The translations under genes were made by a program, and so were the position numbers. The notes beneath the pieces are model-generated. The model had not been told where the DNA came from. It ran no database searches and saw only the letters and a list, made by a program, of their open reading frames with translations. Positions 61,164-64,000 of a DNA stretch of 64,000 bases are shown piece after piece (the stretch's first letter is position 1; every line of letters begins with the position of its first letter). The stretch is from Syntrophaceae bacterium UBA4810 (GTDB taxonomy: Bacteria > Desulfobacterota > Syntrophia > Syntrophales > Smithellaceae): assembly GCA_002402545.1 (NCBI GenBank), contig DHGA01000037.1, positions 39,180 through 103,179 on the forward strand. Direction: 5' to 3'.

Positions 61164-63113
61164 TTAGAACTCCATAAGGCCTTCGATCTCCGCCAATACC
61201 TGCTCATTGGTAAAGTGCCGCGCGATAATCGCCGAGGTCGGGCAAACAGAAGCGCACAAACCGCAGCCTTTACACAACGCTTCGTTGATTTCGGATACGC
61301 CTTTTTCATAATTAAACGACGGAGCTCCGTAAGGACACACGCGCACACAATTCTGGCAACCGCAGCATGAAGCCGGATTAACCATCGCCGTTGTTGCTTC
61401 AAGCTCCATTTTTTCTCTGGAAACAATGGTGAGCGCTTCCGCTGCCGCGCCGTTGGCCTGCGCCACTGTGTCGGGGATGTCTTTGGGGCTCTGGCAAACA
61501 CCGGCGATAAAAATCCCTTCGGACATGGTGGCTAAAGGCGCGAGCTTCGGATGCCGCTCCATAAAAAATCCATATTTATCCGTGCTCAAATTAAACAAGC
61601 GCCCGATATCTTTGGAATCTTCCCTGGGAATCATTGCCGGAGAAAGCACAACCATATCCACCGGCAGCTTAACGAATTTTCCGGTAATGGTGTCTTCTGC
61701 CTCGACAATCAGACGCCCCGGCTCATCGCTGCTTTCGGCCACGCGCGCGACTTTACCACGAATAAATTTAACATCTTCCTCAATAATGCGATTATAAAAT
61801 TCTTCATAACCTTTGCCTGCGGCGCGAATATCGATATAGAACTGATAAACATCGGCTGATGTTTTTTCCTTGAACAGATGAGCGAACTTAAGCGAATACA
61901 TGCAGCAGACGCGGCTGCAATGCTCATAATTATTTTTATCGCGGCTGCCGATGCAATGCAAAATAGCGATGGCCTGCGGTTCCTTGCCGTCCCGCATCGT
62001 TACTTTGCCTGCGGTGGGACCGGCGGAATTAAATAATCGTTCCACTTCGAGCGCGCTGTACACGCCGGGATACTTACCGTAACCGTATTGAACAAGAGGT
62101 TTGGTATCCATTAAATTGTAGCCGGTGGCCACAATGACCGCGCCCACCTTAATTTCAGTGAAGGTGTCTTCCTGTTCAAAATCTATGGCTTTATGCTCGC
62201 ACACCTTTTCACACAGGCGGCATTTGCCCTTAAGGAAAAAAGTGCAGTGCTCTCTATCGATAACAGGTTTTTGCGGCACGGCCTGCGGGAAAGGAATGTG
62301 AATGGCCTTACGCTTGACCAAACCCTCATCCCACTCGGCAATACCCTTACCAGGACATTTTTCCGTACAGGCGAGACACGCGTTACACCTATCGTGATTT
62401 ACATAGCGGGCCTTCTGCCGGATTTTTATATCAAAATTACCGACAAAACCTTTAACCTCGCTAACTTCACAATAGGTCATCAACGTAATATTCGGATGCT
62501 GCAAAACAGCGTCCATCTTGGGGGTCAGAATGCAGGCGGAACAATCCAGCGTGGGAAAGGTTTTATCAAACTGCGCCATATGGCCGCCGATGGTGGAGTT
62601 TTTTTCCACCAGATAAACTTTTTTGCCGGTGTTGGCCAGCTCTAAAGCCGCCTGGATACCCGCGATACCGCCACCCACCACCATTACATCGGAATTGACA
62701 TCAATAACGCGGGAAGAAAGCGGCGACAGAAGCCGCGCGCGGTAAACCGCGCCGTTTAAAAGAGCCTTTGCTTTGGCTGTGCCTTCTTCAATGTCACTGG
62801 TCACCCAGGAAACCTGCTCGCGGATGTTGACAATGGTCAGCAGGTACTGGTTCAAACCGGCTTTTTCTATAACCTTGCGAAAAGTATGTTCGTGCATCAG
62901 CGGAGAGCAGGCCGTCACAATCACACGGTCCAGACGATGTTCTTTGATGTCATTGGCGATCATTTCCTGGCCGGGAGTGGAACACATGAACCTGTAATCA
63001 CGGGCAACAACAACATCCGGCAGGGTCGAAGCGAATTCCGCCAATTCGCTAACCCGGATTGTCTTGGCTATATTCAAACCACAATGGCAAACAAAAACGC
63101 CTATTCTGCTCAT
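61164..63113 (-). CDS. hdrA: Heterodisulfide reductase subunit A-like flavoprotein (HdrA)
   Basis: N-terminal 'IGVFVCHCGLNI', FAD motif 'VMVVGGGIAGIQAALELA', and ferredoxin motifs 'CNACLACTEKCP', 'CRLCEKVC', 'CCGCQNCVRVCP' and 'CKGCGLCASVCP'. Confidence 0.9.
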   Translation of the reverse strand: MSRIGVFVCHCGLNIAKTIRVSELAEFASTLPDVVVARDYRFMCSTPGQEMIANDIKEHRLDRVIVTACSPLMHEHTFRKVIEKAGLNQYLLTIVNIREQVSWVTSDIEEGTAKAKALLNGAVYRARLLSPLSSRVIDVNSDVMVVGGGIAGIQAALELANTGKKVYLVEKNSTIGGHMAQFDKTFPTLDCSACILTPKMDAVLQHPNITLMTYCEVSEVKGFVGNFDIKIRQKARYVNHDRCNACLACTEKCPGKGIAEWDEGLVKRKAIHIPFPQAVPQKPVIDREHCTFFLKGKCRLCEKVCEHKAIDFEQEDTFTEIKVGAVIVATGYNLMDTKPLVQYGYGKYPGVYSALEVERLFNSAGPTAGKVTMRDGKEPQAIAILHCIGSRDKNNYEHCSRVCCMYSLKFAHLFKEKTSADVYQFYIDIRAAGKGYEEFYNRIIEEDVKFIRGKVARVAESSDEPGRLIVEAEDTITGKFVKLPVDMVVLSPAMIPREDSKDIGRLFNLSTDKYGFFMERHPKLAPLATMSEGIFIAGVCQSPKDIPDTVAQANGAAAEALTIVSREKMELEATTAMVNPASCCGCQNCVRVCPYGAPSFNYEKGVSEINEALCKGCGLCASVCPTSAIIARHFTNEQVLAEIEGLMEF

Positions 63114-63153
63114 AATAGTATTCCGCTATTGGTTCCTGCTACCCGTAATTTTT

Positions 63154-64000
63154 TTAAACGATTTCACACACATCCCCGACCGGTTCATCAATATTAATTT
63201 CCATGCTTTCCAGGAAAAGTTCCGTTACGTCTTTGACCACAATTTTATCATCAACGTTAAGCGTGCGGATGCTGTCTTCAAACATGGTAATACAGTAAGG
63301 ACAAGCTGTGGCCAAAACATTCGCCCCTGTCGCCAAAGCTTCTTCAACGCGCAAATCGCTCAGGCGCTCGCCTTTTAATTTTTCCATCCACAATCCGCCG
63401 CCGCCGCCGCCGCAGCACATACTCTGTTCGCGGTTTCTTTCCATTTCCACCAGTTCAACACCGGGCAATGATTTAATCACATCACGGGGCGCGTCGTAAA
63501 TTCCGCTATGCCGTCCAAGATAACAGGGATCATGATAAGTCACCTTGATGCCGCCGAAATCTTTTTTCGGTTTAAGTTTTTCTTCTTTAATCAAAGAGGC
63601 GAGAACCTCGCTGAAATGCGCGATATTATAATCTGCACCGTATTCTTTTTTGAATGTTACCAGACAATGAGGAGAGACGGTAATCATTTTGGCGACGCTG
63701 TTTGTCTGAAAATAGTTTAAATTTACGTTTTTAAGCCGCTCGAAAAGTTCCAGGTCTCCAACCTTTCTGACACTTTCGCCGCAGCAGTTAACATCTGTTG
63801 AGGGAATGCCCCAACTCAAAGCAGCCTGATTCAACAATTCAGCGGTGGCTCTGGCCAGCCGTGTATTGCGCGGATCGTAACAAACAGTGCAGCAAGTCCA
63901 GAAAAGATATTCCATTTCTTTGTTATAAAGAGGATATTTTTCTTTCGCCCAATCGTTTCTTTTTGCCTGATCGCCCGACCAGGGATTGCCGCGCGCCGAC
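63154..64000 (-). CDS. CCG-domain (HdrB/HdrD-like) Fe-S protein; ORF open at the right window edge
   Basis: Two CCG motifs ('VNCCGESV', 'SMCCGGGGGG'). The minus-strand frame stays open from 63915 to nt 64000, so the true start probably lies outside the window. Confidence 0.75.
   Translation of the reverse strand, partial: SARGNPWSGDQAKRNDWAKEKYPLYNKEMEYLFWTCCTVCYDPRNTRLARATAELLNQAALSWGIPSTDVNCCGESVRKVGDLELFERLKNVNLNYFQTNSVAKMITVSPHCLVTFKKEYGADYNIAHFSEVLASLIKEEKLKPKKDFGGIKVTYHDPCYLGRHSGIYDAPRDVIKSLPGVELVEMERNREQSMCCGGGGGGLWMEKLKGERLSDLRVEEALATGANVLATACPYCITMFEDSIRTLNVDDKIVVKDVTELFLESMEINIDEPVGDVCEIV

Noticed and set aside
61100-61501. 133-aa minus-strand ORF overlapping the hdrA 3' end
   Set aside because: It is out of frame with hdrA and extends into the intergenic element. 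It is Arg-rich with a shadow-ORF composition.
1-64000. Search for tRNA, rRNA, tmRNA, integrase/transposase genes and att-like direct repeats flanking the 41-53 kb island
   Set aside because: Visual scanning found no T-loop (GGTTCGAATCC-like) context outside coding sequence, no recombinase motifs in any ORF and no obvious terminal direct repeats. Absence cannot be proven without tRNAscan/Infernal and a repeat finder.

Overview
This is a 64 kb chromosomal window from an uncultured-type anaerobic Gram-negative bacterium. The evidence for that is BamD, MltA, a tungsten-type aldehyde:ferredoxin oxidoreductase, an Flx/Hdr-like electron-bifurcation cluster and PaaK. The phylum cannot be determined from sequence alone. 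No rRNA, tRNA, CRISPR array, transposase or integrase was recognised.

Layout:
- 1-15.6 kb: housekeeping genes (UbiA prenyltransferase + radical SAM/SPASM, mltA, GNAT, recN, nadK, rdgC-like, bamD, trxA, MTAP-like, paaK + ACT, MBL hydrolase).
- 15.8-30 kb: a dense signalling cluster. It holds a solute-binding protein, an output-less HAMP-PAS sensor, two receiver proteins, a LytS-type PAS histidine kinase and two tandem paralogous REC-multi-PAS-HD-GYP proteins (one of 1503 aa). A GxxExxY cassette flanked by GATTAC-type 12-mers interrupts it.
- 30-41 kb: lipid-remodelling genes, hisF, a guaA-like PP-ATPase, a TPM pair, cspA and a third PAS-HD-GYP protein.
- 41.1-53.2 kb: a visibly AT-richer accessory island (judged by eye). 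This is the main hunt result.
- 53.2-64 kb: AOR, a W/R/Y- and PQ-repeat lipoprotein, LysE, and a six-gene HdrA/MvhD/sulfhydrogenase-beta-gamma-like cluster that is open at the right edge.

The island starts with a consensus-like sigma70 promoter and carries an Ssp-type DNA phosphorothioation module (DUF4007/SspB-like, large P-loop ATPase/SspC-like, PP-loop PAPS-reductase/SspD-like). No sspA and no canonical DUF262-DUF1524 SspE are present. Instead the module is translationally packed with a DUF262-only protein and a eukaryotic-like Ser/Thr kinase. An 811-aa GHKL ATPase, a polytopic membrane protein and a DnaQ-like exonuclease with a degenerate ExoIII motif follow. I propose this as a candidate modification-sensing defence module. 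It may or may not correspond to the published SspFGH module, so profile searches are needed.

Many intergenic regions carry two families of nested palindromic repeats (GTCATTGCGA...GAAGCAATC and GTCATTCCGG...CCGGAATGAC). These create many spurious ORFs in the track.

All calls come from motif reading of the supplied translations and sequence. No searches or statistics were run.
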